DNA from: Rhizobacter sp.
Lineage (GTDB): Bacteria > Pseudomonadota > Gammaproteobacteria > Burkholderiales > Burkholderiaceae_C
Length of the DNA: 64,000 bases
Direction: 5' to 3' (one strand)
Assembly (NCBI GenBank): GCA_032229685.1
Contig: JAVTWP010000031.1
Positions 54,159 to 64,000 of the stretch are shown here, piece by piece. Made by a program: the position numbers and the translations under genes. Every line of letters begins with the position of its first letter. The stretch's first letter is position 1. Below the pieces are notes generated by a model. It did no database searches. It was not told where the DNA came from and worked only from the letters and a program-made list of their open reading frames with translations.

Positions 54159-55475
54159 ATGACCGACAAGACCAAGATCAAACGACCCGAGCCGCTGCAG
54201 GCGGTGAAGGGCATGAACGACCTCCTGCCGCCCGACTCGGCGCGCTGGGAATGGTTCGAATCGAAAGTGCGTGCGCTGATGGCGCGCTACGGCTATGCCA
54301 ACGTGCGCACGCCGATCGTCGAGCCCACTGCGTTGTTCGTGCGCGGCCTGGGCGAAGTGACCGACATCGTCGAGAAGGAGATGTACTCCTTCGAAGACGC
54401 GATGAACGGCGACAAGCTCACGCTTCGCCCCGAAGCCACCGCCGGCATCGTGCGCGCGATGGTCGAGCACAACACGCTCTACAACGGCCCGCTGCGGGTG
54501 TGGTCGCACGTGGCGCTGTTCCGCCACGAGCGGCCGCAGAAGGGGCGCTACCGGCAGTTCCACCAGATCGACGTGGAAGCGCTCGGCTACGCCGGGCCGG
54601 ACGTCGACGCCGAGCAGATCCTGATGTGCCGCGCGCTGCTGCGAGACCTCGGCATCCGGGACAGCGACGTGCGCCTCGAGCTCAACAGCCTGGGCCAGCC
54701 CGCCGAACGCAACGCCCACCGCGCGGCGCTGATCCAGCATTTCGAAGGGCACGCCGAACTGCTCGACGACGACGCGAAGCGCCGCCTGCACAGCAACCCG
54801 TTGCGCATTCTCGACAGCAAGAACCCCGCGATGCAGGCCATCGTCGAAGCGGCACCGAAGCTGATGGACTTTCTGGGCGCCGATTCGCTCGCGCACCTGA
54901 ACGCCGTGCGTGCCGCGCTCGACGCGGTGGGTCTTGCCTACCGCATCAACCCGCGTCTGGTGCGGGGCATGGACTACTACAACCTGACGGTGTTCGAATG
55001 GATCACCGACAAGCTCGGCTCGCAAGGCACGGTGTGCGGCGGCGGCCGTTACGACGGCCTGTTCGAGCAACTCGGTGGCAAGCCCACACCGGCTGTGGGC
55101 TGGGGCATGGGCATCGAGCGCATGCTGTTGCTGCTCGAAGAAGCCGGCGTACGGGTGCCGCCGGCGGCGCCCGACGCCTACGCCGTGGTGCCCTCGGTGG
55201 CGGCGCTGCCCACTGCCTTGGCGGCTTGCGAGCAACTGCGCGAAGCCGGCGTGTCGGTGCTGATGCACGGTGCCGGTGCCGAGAGCTGGGGCAGCATGAA
55301 AACGCAGTTCAAGCGTGCCGACGCCAGCGGCGCCCGCTACGCGCTGATCTTCGGTGACGACGAACTGGCGCGTGGCGAAGTGACTTTGAAGGCGCTGCGC
55401 GACGCCACGGCCCCGCAACGTTGCCTGCCGCTTGCCGAGGCCCCACGCTGGGCCGCAGAACTGCGCACCGCATAA
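54159..55475 (+). CDS. hisS: Histidine--tRNA ligase
   Basis: [60 protein letters not shown]. Confidence 0.96.
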   Translation: MTDKTKIKRPEPLQAVKGMNDLLPPDSARWEWFESKVRALMARYGYANVRTPIVEPTALFVRGLGEVTDIVEKEMYSFEDAMNGDKLTLRPEATAGIVRAMVEHNTLYNGPLRVWSHVALFRHERPQKGRYRQFHQIDVEALGYAGPDVDAEQILMCRALLRDLGIRDSDVRLELNSLGQPAERNAHRAALIQHFEGHAELLDDDAKRRLHSNPLRILDSKNPAMQAIVEAAPKLMDFLGADSLAHLNAVRAALDAVGLAYRINPRLVRGMDYYNLTVFEWITDKLGSQGTVCGGGRYDGLFEQLGGKPTPAVGWGMGIERMLLLLEEAGVRVPPAAPDAYAVVPSVAALPTALAACEQLREAGVSVLMHGAGAESWGSMKTQFKRADASGARYALIFGDDELARGEVTLKALRDATAPQRCLPLAEAPRWAAELRTA

Positions 55476-55513
55476 TCCCGCCTTCGCGCGAAACCCAAGA
55501 GAACCGATCTTTC

Positions 55514-56170
55514 ATGGCCACCCATCTCGACCTCGAAGAACAGGAACAGCTCGACCAGCTGAAGTCCTTCTGGAAGCAGTACGGCAACCTCATCACCTGG
55601 TTGCTGATCGCCGTGCTGGCCGGCTACGCGGCCTGGAACGGCTGGCACTGGTGGCAGCGCGAGCAGTCGCTCAAGTCGAGCGCGATGTTCGACGAGCTCG
55701 ACAAGGCTGCGCAGACCGGCGACGCCGACACCGCCGGGCGCATCTTCGCCGACATGAAAGAGCGCTACCCGCGCACCGCGTTCACACAGCAAGCCGGGCT
55801 GCTCGCGGCCAAGGCGCAGTTCGACAAGGGCCAGCTCGAGCCGGCACTGGCCACGCTCGGCTGGGTGGGTGCCAACGCCGTCGAGGCCGAGTACCAGTCG
55901 GTCGCACGCTTGCGCGCCGCCGGCCTGCTGCTCGACCTGAAGAAGTACGACGAGGCGCTGAAGCAGCTCGACGGCGTGACCGCCAAGGAATTCGAAGCGC
56001 TCGCAGCCGACCGCCGCGGTGACGTGCTGCTGGCGCAAGGCAAGACCGATGAAGCGAAGGCCGCTTTCGCCAAGGCCTGGGCCGCGCTGGACGCCAAGGT
56101 CGGCTACCGGCGCCTGATCGAAGCCAAGCTCACGGTGCTGGGCGCTGCGCCGGTCGAGGCGAAGAAGTGA
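55514..56170 (+). CDS. yfgM: YfgM-like membrane-anchored TPR chaperone (DUF2133)
   Basis: LDLEEQEQLDQLKSFWKQYG, one TM helix, DRRGDVLLAQG; lies between hisS and bamB. Confidence 0.85.
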   Translation: MATHLDLEEQEQLDQLKSFWKQYGNLITWLLIAVLAGYAAWNGWHWWQREQSLKSSAMFDELDKAAQTGDADTAGRIFADMKERYPRTAFTQQAGLLAAKAQFDKGQLEPALATLGWVGANAVEAEYQSVARLRAAGLLLDLKKYDEALKQLDGVTAKEFEALAADRRGDVLLAQGKTDEAKAAFAKAWAALDAKVGYRRLIEAKLTVLGAAPVEAKK

Positions 56171-56181
56171 GAGCGGTGCCC

Positions 56182-57294
56182 ATGAAGCTGCGCGCCTCGT
56201 TGGCCCTGCTCGGTGCCGTGTTGTTGCTGGGCGCGTGTGCCAGCAGCAAGCCCAAGCCGCAGCCGCTGGAGCCGCTCACGCCGAAGATCGCGGGCCGCCA
56301 GGTCTGGACGAAGAACCTCGATGCGATCAAGTTCCCGCTCGGCGTGGTGTCGCTGCGCGACAGCTTCGTCGTCGCCGACGGCGACGGCACGGTCTTGGCG
56401 CTCGACGCGCAGACCGGGCGCGAGCTCTGGCGTGGCAGCGCCGGCAGCAAGCTCAGCGCCGGCGTCGGCAGCGATGGCCGTTTCGCGGCCGTCGTCACGA
56501 GCGAAGGCGAGCTTGTGGTATTCGATCAGGGCCAGCTCAAGTGGCGCAAGAGCGTGGGCGTGCGCGTGAACTCGGCGCCGCTGGTGGCGGGCGAACGGGT
56601 CTTCGTGCTTGGCGCCGACCGCGGCGTGCAGGCTTTCGACGCGATCGACGGGCGCAAGCTCTGGGCGCTGCAACGCGCCGGTGACCCGCTCACGCTCACG
56701 CAGAACGGTGTGCTCGCCGCGTTCAAGGACACGCTGGTCGTGGGCCAGGGCCCGCGCATGGCCGGCGTCGACCCGTTGCAGGGAACGCTGCGCTGGGAGG
56801 TGCCGGTGGGCTCGCCACGCGGCGCGAACGAAATCGAACGCCTGGCCGACCTGGTCGGCCCGGCCGGCCGGGTTGGCGACATGATCTGCGCGCGCTCCTT
56901 CCAGGCCGCGGTGGGCTGTGTCGACGCTGAAAAGGGCACCGTCGTCTGGAGCCGCAACATCGGTGGCACCGACGCCGTGGCCGCCGACGCGCAGTTCGTG
57001 TTCGGCGCCGACGCGTCCGACCGCATCACGGCGTGGAAGTCGGCCACCGGCGACGTCGCGTGGACGTCGGACAAGCTTCAGTACCGCGGCCTGAGCAGCC
57101 CCTTGAGCGTGGGCAAGACCGTCGTGTTCGGTGACGAAGACGGCACCGTGCACTGGCTCTCGCGCGAGAACGGCGAAGCGCAGCTGCGCCTGTCGACCGA
57201 CGGCGGTGCGATCGTCGCTGCGCCCGTGATCTCGGGCACGACCATGCTCGTGGTCACGCGCAAGGGCGGTCTGTTCGCTTTTCGCCCCGAATAG
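56182..57294 (+). CDS. bamB: Outer membrane protein assembly lipoprotein BamB
   Basis: Lipobox LLLGAC, PQQ-like beta-propeller repeats, EIERLADL; conserved synteny. Confidence 0.9.
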   Translation: MKLRASLALLGAVLLLGACASSKPKPQPLEPLTPKIAGRQVWTKNLDAIKFPLGVVSLRDSFVVADGDGTVLALDAQTGRELWRGSAGSKLSAGVGSDGRFAAVVTSEGELVVFDQGQLKWRKSVGVRVNSAPLVAGERVFVLGADRGVQAFDAIDGRKLWALQRAGDPLTLTQNGVLAAFKDTLVVGQGPRMAGVDPLQGTLRWEVPVGSPRGANEIERLADLVGPAGRVGDMICARSFQAAVGCVDAEKGTVVWSRNIGGTDAVAADAQFVFGADASDRITAWKSATGDVAWTSDKLQYRGLSSPLSVGKTVVFGDEDGTVHWLSRENGEAQLRLSTDGGAIVAAPVISGTTMLVVTRKGGLFAFRPE

Positions 57295-57303
57295 AAGCGC
57301 CCG

Positions 57304-58638
57304 ATGAAACCCGTCATCGCTGTGGTCGGCCGCCCGAACGTGGGCAAGTCGACGCTGTTCAACCGCATGACGAAGAGCCGCGACGCGATCGTGGCCGACT
57401 TTTCCGGCCTCACACGCGACCGCCACTACGGTGACGGGCGCAGCGGCGAACACGAATTCATCGTCGTCGACACCGGTGGCTTCGAGCCCGACAGCACGAC
57501 GGGCATCGTCAAGGAAATGGCCAAGCAGACGCGCCAGGCGGTGGCCGAGGCCGATGCGGTGATCTTCGTCGTCGACGTGCGCGCCGGGGTCTCGGGGCAA
57601 GACCACGACATCGCGCGCTACCTGCGCACGGCGGGCAAGAAGGTCGTGCTCGCGGTCAACAAGGCCGAGGGCATGTCGGAATCGCCGCTGCTGGCCGAAT
57701 TCTTCGAGCTCGGCCTCGGCGACCCGCACCCGATCTCGGCGGCGCACGGGCAGGGCATTCGCAGCCTGACCGAAGCGGCACTGGCCGACTTCGAGTTCGA
57801 CGAAGCCGGCGATGAAGCCGTGGAGCAGACCGGCCCGATCCGGCTGGCCGTGGCCGGGCGGCCGAACGTGGGCAAGTCGACGCTGATCAACACCTGGCTC
57901 GGCGAAGAGCGGCTGGTCGCGTTCGACCAGCCCGGCACCACACGCGACGCCATCATGGTGCCGTTCGAGCGCAATGGCCAGAAGTTCGAGCTGATCGACA
58001 CGGCCGGGCTGCGCCGGCGCGGCAAGGTGTTCGAGGCGGTCGAGAAATTCTCGGTCGTGAAGACCCTGCAGGCGATCTCGGATGCCAACGTCGTGTTGCT
58101 GCTGCTCGATGCGACCCAGGGCGTCACCGACCAGGACGCGCACATCGCGGGTTACATCCTCGAGTCGGGCCGCGCCGTGGCGGTGGCCGTGAACAAATGG
58201 GACGCGGTCGACAGCTACCAGCGCGAAACGCTGCAGCGCTCGATCGAGCAGCGCCTGGCGTTCCTCAAGTTCGCGCCGGTGTTGCACATCTCGGCGATCA
58301 AGCGCCAGGGCCTGGGCCCGGTCTGGAAAGCCATCGGCGATGCCCATGCTTCGGCCACGCGCAAGATGTCGACGCCGGTGCTCACGCGCCTGCTGCAAGA
58401 GGCGGTCGAACACCAGGCGCCCAAACGCGCCGGGGCTTTCCGCCCGAAGCTGCGCTACGCGCACCAGGGCGGCATGAACCCGCCGCTGATCGTGATCCAT
58501 GGCAACTCGCTCGATCACATCACCGACACCTACAAGCGCTTTCTCGAAGGGCGTTTCCGCGAGCATTTCAAGCTCACCGGCACACCGATGCGGATCGAGT
58601 TGCGCTCGTCGCGCAACCCCTTCGACAGCAAAGACTAA
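57304..58638 (+). CDS. der: Ribosome biogenesis GTPase Der (EngA)
   Basis: Two G-domains (GRPNVGKS twice, DTGG / DTAG, NKAE / NKWD) and a KH-like C-terminus (KLRYAHQGG). Confidence 0.97.
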   Translation: MKPVIAVVGRPNVGKSTLFNRMTKSRDAIVADFSGLTRDRHYGDGRSGEHEFIVVDTGGFEPDSTTGIVKEMAKQTRQAVAEADAVIFVVDVRAGVSGQDHDIARYLRTAGKKVVLAVNKAEGMSESPLLAEFFELGLGDPHPISAAHGQGIRSLTEAALADFEFDEAGDEAVEQTGPIRLAVAGRPNVGKSTLINTWLGEERLVAFDQPGTTRDAIMVPFERNGQKFELIDTAGLRRRGKVFEAVEKFSVVKTLQAISDANVVLLLLDATQGVTDQDAHIAGYILESGRAVAVAVNKWDAVDSYQRETLQRSIEQRLAFLKFAPVLHISAIKRQGLGPVWKAIGDAHASATRKMSTPVLTRLLQEAVEHQAPKRAGAFRPKLRYAHQGGMNPPLIVIHGNSLDHITDTYKRFLEGRFREHFKLTGTPMRIELRSSRNPFDSKD

Positions 58639-58736
58639 AGGCCGCGATCCACAGGGGGATTGCACTGCTTTTGAGCAGATGCGCCCGGGGGCTGTGTTAA
58701 CGTGAACGCTTCTGAACTTTCATCACGGAGAATATC

Positions 58737-58979
58737 GTGAGCAACAAAGGGCAACTCCTACAAGACCCCTTCCTGAACCTGCTGCGCAAGGAGCACGTTC
58801 CGGTTTCGATCTACCTCGTCAACGGCATCAAGCTGCAAGGCCACATCGAGTCCTTCGACCAGTACGTGGTGTTGCTCCGCAATACCGTGACGCAGATGGT
58901 CTACAAACACGCGATCTCCACGGTCGTGCCCGGTCGCGCGGTGAACTTCAGCGCTGCCGAACCCGCCGACCAGGCTTGA
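58737..58979 (+). CDS. hfq: RNA chaperone Hfq
   Basis: [27 protein letters not shown]; GTG start with GGAG RBS. Confidence 0.97.
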   Translation: MSNKGQLLQDPFLNLLRKEHVPVSIYLVNGIKLQGHIESFDQYVVLLRNTVTQMVYKHAISTVVPGRAVNFSAAEPADQA

Positions 58980-59014
58980 ACAAGCCAGCGGCGCCGCCCC
59001 GACATCTGCCCACC

Positions 59015-60298
59015 TTGAGTTCCACGGATTCAACCGGCCCCGGCGGGTCGACGGGCCCGGCCCGGGCGATCCTCGTGGGGGTCGACTTCGGCCGTGGCAA
59101 GTCCTTCGACGCTTCGCTCGACGAATTGGCGCTGCTGGCCGAGTCGGCCGGTGACGTGGCGGTCGAGCGGGTCATTGCCCGGCGCAAGGCGCCCGATGCG
59201 GCGCTGTTCGTGGGTTCGGGCAAGGCCGACGAGATCAAGGCGCTGGTGCAGGCGCACCGGGCCGATGCGGTGCTGTTCGACCAAGCGCTTTCGCCAGCGC
59301 AGCAACGCAACCTCGAACTGCACCTGGGTGTGGCCGTGGCCGACCGCACGATGCTGATCCTCGAGATTTTCGGCGAGCGCGCGCAAAGCCATGAAGGCAA
59401 GCTGCAGGTCGAACTGGCGCGGCTGCAATACCTGTCGACCCGGCTGGTGCGGCGCTGGAGCCACCTCGAACGCCAAAGCGGCGGCATCGGCATGCGCGGT
59501 GGCCCGGGTGAAGCCCAGATCGAACTCGACCGGCGCATGATCGGCGAGCGCATCAAGGCCGTGAAGAAGCAGCTCGAGCGGGTCAAGAAGCAGCGCAGCA
59601 CGCAGCGGCGCTCGCGCGAACGCAACCAGACCTTCCGCATCTCGCTCGTGGGCTACACCAACGCCGGCAAGTCGACGCTGTTCAACGTGCTCGTGAACGC
59701 GCGTGCTTATGCGGCCGATCAGCTCTTCGCCACGCTCGACACGACCACAAGGCAGCTCTATCTGGCTGAAGCGGGGGGCTCGGCGCGCTCGGTGTCGCTG
59801 AGCGACACGGTCGGGTTCATCCGCGACCTGCCGCACAAGCTGATCGAGGCTTTCGAGGCCACGCTGCAGGAAGCCAACGACGCCGACCTGCTGCTGCACG
59901 TGGTCGACGCCGCGAGCCCGGTGCTGGCCGAGCAGATGAGCGAAGTGCAGCGGGTGCTGGCAGAAATCGGCGCCGGCGACATCCCCCAGGTGCTGGTGTT
60001 CAACAAGCTCGATCAATTGGAAGACACCCAGCGACCGCGCGCCTTGCGCGACACCATCGAGCTCGCAGCCGGCGTTCGGGTGCCGCGTGTCTTCATCAGT
60101 GCGCAGAGCGGCGAGGGCATGCCCGAGCTGCGCGCCATTCTGGCCGAGGCCGTGGCGGCCATGCCGGCGCACCGCTTGAACGCGCCGGAACCGGCCCAAA
60201 ATGACAGCGCGTCGGCAGAAGATTCTGCCGAAGACGATGTGGCAGAAGATCTGCAGGCCGAGACAGCGCGAACCGACACCCACTTTTCACACGCATGA
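59015..60298 (+). CDS. hflX: GTPase HflX
   Basis: GSGKADE, EGKLQVELARL, GGPGE, VGYTNAGKST, DQLFATLD, DTVGFI, NKLD. Start uncertain (TTG at 58976 or 59015). Confidence 0.93.
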   Translation: MSSTDSTGPGGSTGPARAILVGVDFGRGKSFDASLDELALLAESAGDVAVERVIARRKAPDAALFVGSGKADEIKALVQAHRADAVLFDQALSPAQQRNLELHLGVAVADRTMLILEIFGERAQSHEGKLQVELARLQYLSTRLVRRWSHLERQSGGIGMRGGPGEAQIELDRRMIGERIKAVKKQLERVKKQRSTQRRSRERNQTFRISLVGYTNAGKSTLFNVLVNARAYAADQLFATLDTTTRQLYLAEAGGSARSVSLSDTVGFIRDLPHKLIEAFEATLQEANDADLLLHVVDAASPVLAEQMSEVQRVLAEIGAGDIPQVLVFNKLDQLEDTQRPRALRDTIELAAGVRVPRVFISAQSGEGMPELRAILAEAVAAMPAHRLNAPEPAQNDSASAEDSAEDDVAEDLQAETARTDTHFSHA

Positions 60299-61584
60299 CC
60301 ATGAGCCACACCACCACTGCACCCGAGGCCAGCGTGTCGCGCCTGCGCGCCCTGGCCCAAGCCGCGCGCGCCCTGGCGTCGGGCCTGATCCTGAGCAGCG
60401 GCAAGAACGATGGGCCGCCCGATCTCGACGAGCTCTGGCGCGACTTCAACAAGAAGCTGAGCGGCCTGTTCGGCGGCAAGGGCGGCGCGCCCCAGGGCAA
60501 CGGCCCGGGCGACAACAACCAGGGCGGCGGCGGCCCGAACTTCCAGCCCGACATGAAGAGCGCCGGGATCGGCGCCGGCCTGATCGCCGGTGTGGTCGCG
60601 CTGATCTGGCTCGGCAGCGGTTTCTTCATCGTCCAGGAAGGCCAGCAGGCCGTCGTCACCTCGTTCGGCAAGTACAGCCACACGGCCGACGCCGGCTTCC
60701 AGTGGCGCATGCCGTACCCCTTCCAGGCGCACGAGACGGTCAACGTGACGCAACTGCGCTCGAAGGAAGTCGGCCGCAACGCGGTGATCGCCGCCACTGG
60801 CCTGCGTGACTCTTCGATGCTCACGCAAGACGAGAACATCGTCGACATCCGCTTCACGGTGCAGTACCGGCTGAAAGACGCGCGCGCTTTCCTGTTCGAG
60901 AACCGCGACCCGGAAGAGGCGGTCACGCTGGCTTCAGAGTCGGCGGTGCGCGAGATCGTCGGCAAGAGCAAGATCGACTCGGTGCTCTACGAGCAGCGTG
61001 ACGCGATTGCCGCCGAACTGGTGAAGTCGGTGCAGGGGCAGCTCGACCGCCTGAAGGCGGGCATCGTGGTCGTCAACGTCAACGTGCAGAGCGTGCAGCC
61101 GCCCGAGCAGGTGCAGGCCGCATTCGAAGACACCCTCAAGGCCGGCCAGGACGGCGATCGCCTGAAGAAGGAAGGCCTGGCCTACGCGAGCGACGTGATC
61201 CCGAAGGCACAAGGCACGGCCGCGCGCCTGCGCGAAGAAGCCGAAGGCTACAAGTCGCGCGTGGTCTCGCAGGCCGAAGGTGACGGGCAGCGCTTCAACA
61301 GCGTGCTGGCCGAGTACCAGAAAGCACCGACCGTGACGCGCGACCGCATGTACATCGACACGATGCAGCAGGTGTACTCGAACGTCACCAAGGTGATGGT
61401 CGACAGCCGCGGCAACTCGAACCTGCTGTACCTGCCGCTCGACAAACTGATGCAGCAGGCCGGCGCCGGCGTGCCCAGTGCTACCCCGGCCGTGCCGGTG
61501 GCACCCGAGACCGCCCCCGCCGCCGGTGCGGTCGATGTGCGCTCGCGTGACGGGCAGCGTGCCCGTGACCGTGACGGCCGCTGA
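60295..61584 (+). CDS. hflK: FtsH protease modulator HflK
   Basis: GPPDLDELWRDFN, TM helix, SPFH domain (MLTQDENIV), PPEQVQAAF. Confidence 0.94.
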   Translation: MTMSHTTTAPEASVSRLRALAQAARALASGLILSSGKNDGPPDLDELWRDFNKKLSGLFGGKGGAPQGNGPGDNNQGGGGPNFQPDMKSAGIGAGLIAGVVALIWLGSGFFIVQEGQQAVVTSFGKYSHTADAGFQWRMPYPFQAHETVNVTQLRSKEVGRNAVIAATGLRDSSMLTQDENIVDIRFTVQYRLKDARAFLFENRDPEEAVTLASESAVREIVGKSKIDSVLYEQRDAIAAELVKSVQGQLDRLKAGIVVVNVNVQSVQPPEQVQAAFEDTLKAGQDGDRLKKEGLAYASDVIPKAQGTAARLREEAEGYKSRVVSQAEGDGQRFNSVLAEYQKAPTVTRDRMYIDTMQQVYSNVTKVMVDSRGNSNLLYLPLDKLMQQAGAGVPSATPAVPVAPETAPAAGAVDVRSRDGQRARDRDGR

Positions 61585-61604
61585 GCCAGCAGGAGAACAA
61601 GAAC

Positions 61605-62507
61605 ATGAACCGATTGGTTGTGATCGTCGCCGGTGCGCTGGTGGTGCTGATGTTGCTGGCCTCGACGCTGTTCGTGGTCGACCAGCGCCAGGTGGCCGTG
61701 GTCTACGCACTGGGCGAAATCAAGGAAGTGATCCAGGAACCGGGCCTGAAGTGGAAGCTTCCGCCGCCGTTCCAGAACGTGGTGTTTCTCGACCGCCGCA
61801 TCCAGACCATGGACAGCCCCGAGACGCGCCCGATCTTCACGGCTGAGAAGAAAAGCCTGGTGATCGACTGGCTGGTGAAATGGCGGGTGACCGACCCGCG
61901 CCAGTTCATCCGCAACAACGGCGTCGACCAGCGCAACCTCGAAGCGCGGCTGAGCCCGATCGTGCACGCCGCGTTCAACGAAGAGGTGACCAAGCGCACG
62001 GTTGGTGAAGTGCTCTCCAGCGGCCGCGACAAGGTCATGCAGGACGTGCGTGCGCGCCTGGCCGACGAGGCCAAGTCCTTCGGTATCGAGATCCTCGACG
62101 TGCGCATCAAGCGCGTCGACTTCGTCGCCAACATCACCGAGTCGATCTACAGCCGCATGGCTTCCGAGCGCAAGCAGGTGGCCAACCAGTTGCGTGCGAC
62201 CGGCGGTGCCGAAGGCGAAAAGGTACGAGCCGATGCCGACCGGCAGCGCGAAGTGATCGTCGCCGAGGCCTACCGCGACGCGCAGAAGGTCAAGGGCGAG
62301 GGCGATGCCAAGGCTTCGGCGATCTTCGCCGAGTCGTTCGGCCGTGATGCGCAGTTCGCCCAGTTCTACCGCAGCCTTGAGGCGTATCGCGCGAGCTTTC
62401 GCAGCAAGTCCGACGTGATGGTCGTCGACCCCGGCAGCGACTTCTTCAAGGCGATGCGCGGATCGTCGGGTGCTCAGGCTGCGCCGGCACCTGCCTCCAA
62501 GAAGTAA
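61605..62507 (+). CDS. hflC: FtsH protease modulator HflC
   Basis: N-terminal TM, EPGLKWKLP, DVRIKRVDF, RMASER, FYRSLEAY. Confidence 0.94.
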   Translation: MNRLVVIVAGALVVLMLLASTLFVVDQRQVAVVYALGEIKEVIQEPGLKWKLPPPFQNVVFLDRRIQTMDSPETRPIFTAEKKSLVIDWLVKWRVTDPRQFIRNNGVDQRNLEARLSPIVHAAFNEEVTKRTVGEVLSSGRDKVMQDVRARLADEAKSFGIEILDVRIKRVDFVANITESIYSRMASERKQVANQLRATGGAEGEKVRADADRQREVIVAEAYRDAQKVKGEGDAKASAIFAESFGRDAQFAQFYRSLEAYRASFRSKSDVMVVDPGSDFFKAMRGSSGAQAAPAPASKK

Positions 62508-62510
62508 CTC

Positions 62511-62714
62511 TTGGCGCAGCCTGGCTTTGTCGAACTGCTGCTCGGCGCCTTTGCGCTGATGCTGGTGATCGAAGGCCTGCTGCCGTTCCTGAGCCCGCCG
62601 ATGTGGCGCGGCGTGTTCGAGCGCGCCACGAAAATGAGCGACGGGCAAATCCGGTTCGTCGGCCTGTCGAGCATGCTCGCGGGGATCGCGATGTTGTGCT
62701 TCTTCCTCGCCTGA
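62511..62714 (+). CDS. DUF2065 (YjeT-like) small membrane protein
   Basis: [15 protein letters not shown]...[10 protein letters not shown]; conserved position after hflC; TTG start. Confidence 0.82.
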   Translation: MAQPGFVELLLGAFALMLVIEGLLPFLSPPMWRGVFERATKMSDGQIRFVGLSSMLAGIAMLCFFLA

Positions 62715-62790
62715 CAGCTCTGCTCGAAGCGGCCGCGGGTGCACGCACCCCACCGGTACAATGCCGGTTTTAATCCCCGGCGCTTTTCAC

Positions 62791-63954
62791 ATGTCATCTG
62801 CCTGGCTGCTGCCCGAGCACGTTGCCGACGTGCTGCCCGCGCAGGCGCGGCACATCGAAGAACTGCGGCGTGGCCTGCTCGACGTGGCACGCAGCTACGG
62901 CTGCGAACTGGTGATGCCGCCGTTGCTCGAACACCTCGAGTCGCTGTTGTCGGGCACCGGCCGCGAACTTGACCTCAACACCTTCAAGCTCGTCGACCAG
63001 CTCAGCGGTCGCACGCTCGGGGTGCGGGCCGACAGCACGCCGCAGGTCGCACGCATCGACGCGCACCTGCTCAACCGCGAAGGCGTGACGCGGCTCTGTT
63101 ATTGCGGACCGGTATTGCATGCGCTGCCTGCCGGCATGAACTCGACCCGCGAGCCGCTGCAGTTCGGCGCCGAAATCTACGGGCATGTGGGCCTGGAGGC
63201 CGATCTCGAAGTGCAAGACCTCGCGCTCGACTGCCTGCGCCGCGCCGGTCTCGGCGGTGTGATGCTCGATCTCGGTGACGCGCGCATCGTGCGTGGCGTG
63301 CTGGCCGGTGTGGCACTCACTGCCGGTGCCTTTCGCGAGGTGTGCGCGGCGCTTGCGGCGAAGGACACCACCTCGCTGGCCGAGTTGAGCCATGCGTTCC
63401 CGGCCGATGTGCAGCGCGCCCTGCGCCGGCTGGTCTCGCTTTACGGTGACGACGAAGTCATCCAGGCGGCACGCAGCGAGCTGCCCGCCACGCCGCTCGT
63501 CAGCGCCGCACTCGACGACCTGCAGCGCCTGGCCAACCATGCGCGCCAGGCCCATCCTGAAGTGCGGGTCGGGTTCGACCTGGCCGACATCGTGGGCAAC
63601 GGCTATTACAGCGGCGCGCGTTTCGCAGCCTACGTGGCAGGCTCGTCCGACGCGGTGGCGCGCGGCGGGCGCTACGACGAGGTCGGCGCGGTGTTCGGCC
63701 GCAACCGGCCCGCGGTGGGTTTCAGTCTCGACCTGAAGACGCTGGCCGCACTGGCGCCGAGCCAATCGCTGCACTCGGCGATCCGTGCGCCCTGGGCCGA
63801 AGAAGCCGGCCTGCGGTCGGCCGTGCGGCGCCTGCGCGAGCAGGGCGAAACGGTGGTGTGTGTCTTGCCCGGCCACGAACATGAAGGCCAGGAATTCGAC
63901 TGCGACCGCGAACTGGTGGCGGTCGCTGGCCAATGGATGGTTCAGGCGCTCTGA
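62791..63954 (+). CDS. hisZ: ATP phosphoribosyltransferase regulatory subunit
   Basis: [51 protein letters not shown]; TACAAT at 62757-62762 upstream. Confidence 0.92.
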   Translation: MSSAWLLPEHVADVLPAQARHIEELRRGLLDVARSYGCELVMPPLLEHLESLLSGTGRELDLNTFKLVDQLSGRTLGVRADSTPQVARIDAHLLNREGVTRLCYCGPVLHALPAGMNSTREPLQFGAEIYGHVGLEADLEVQDLALDCLRRAGLGGVMLDLGDARIVRGVLAGVALTAGAFREVCAALAAKDTTSLAELSHAFPADVQRALRRLVSLYGDDEVIQAARSELPATPLVSAALDDLQRLANHARQAHPEVRVGFDLADIVGNGYYSGARFAAYVAGSSDAVARGGRYDEVGAVFGRNRPAVGFSLDLKTLAALAPSQSLHSAIRAPWAEEAGLRSAVRRLREQGETVVCVLPGHEHEGQEFDCDRELVAVAGQWMVQAL

Positions 63955-64000
63955 AGCGCTGCGAGCCGATGAATTTTCAGACCTGGATCTTTTCTCAATG

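Noticed and set aside
63998-64000. Terminal ATG, possibly the start of purA (commonly downstream of hisZ)
   Set aside because: Only three bases are inside the window, which is not enough to call a gene.

Overview
A GC-rich, almost entirely core-genome window from a Betaproteobacterium. Gene order and content suggest Burkholderiales; a Sphaerotilaceae/Comamonadaceae-like lineage is an inference. In order it carries: the 3' end of nadE and glnB; a minus-strand cluster (ECF sigma, DUF3619, DUF3106, RDD, dgkA, LOG); ilvB/I-ilvH-ilvC-pssA; a Leu-leader attenuator ahead of two unrelated leuA paralogs; pbpG; an IclR regulator; hpnCDE; a MexJK-like RND pump; tRNA-Leu-tig-clpP-clpX-lon; a Gly-Cys-Leu tRNA trio; murI; etfBA with an acyl-CoA dehydrogenase and a nitronate monooxygenase-family gene; sucAB-lpdA-zapE; PP2C, DUF465 and dinG; bamD and rluD; scpB-rluB; and the ndk-rlmN-pilW-rodZ-ispG-hisS-yfgM-bamB-der-hfq-hflXKC-DUF2065-hisZ cluster. 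I found no mobile element, prophage, CRISPR array, rRNA or clear pseudogene. The most interesting signals are non-coding or uncharacterised: (1) an unannotated, probably leaderless 19-aa penta-Leu leader peptide with an attenuator before the tandem leuA genes; (2) a ~260-nt highly structured leader or ncRNA between rluD and scpB; (3) a translationally coupled four-gene ECF sigma / anti-sigma / periplasmic-repeat / RDD module of unknown function; (4) structured leaders before ilvB, ilvH and sucA; (5) clear transcription-factor operators upstream of etfBA and the RND pump. All family assignments come from motif recognition by eye; no database searches or folding calculations were run.
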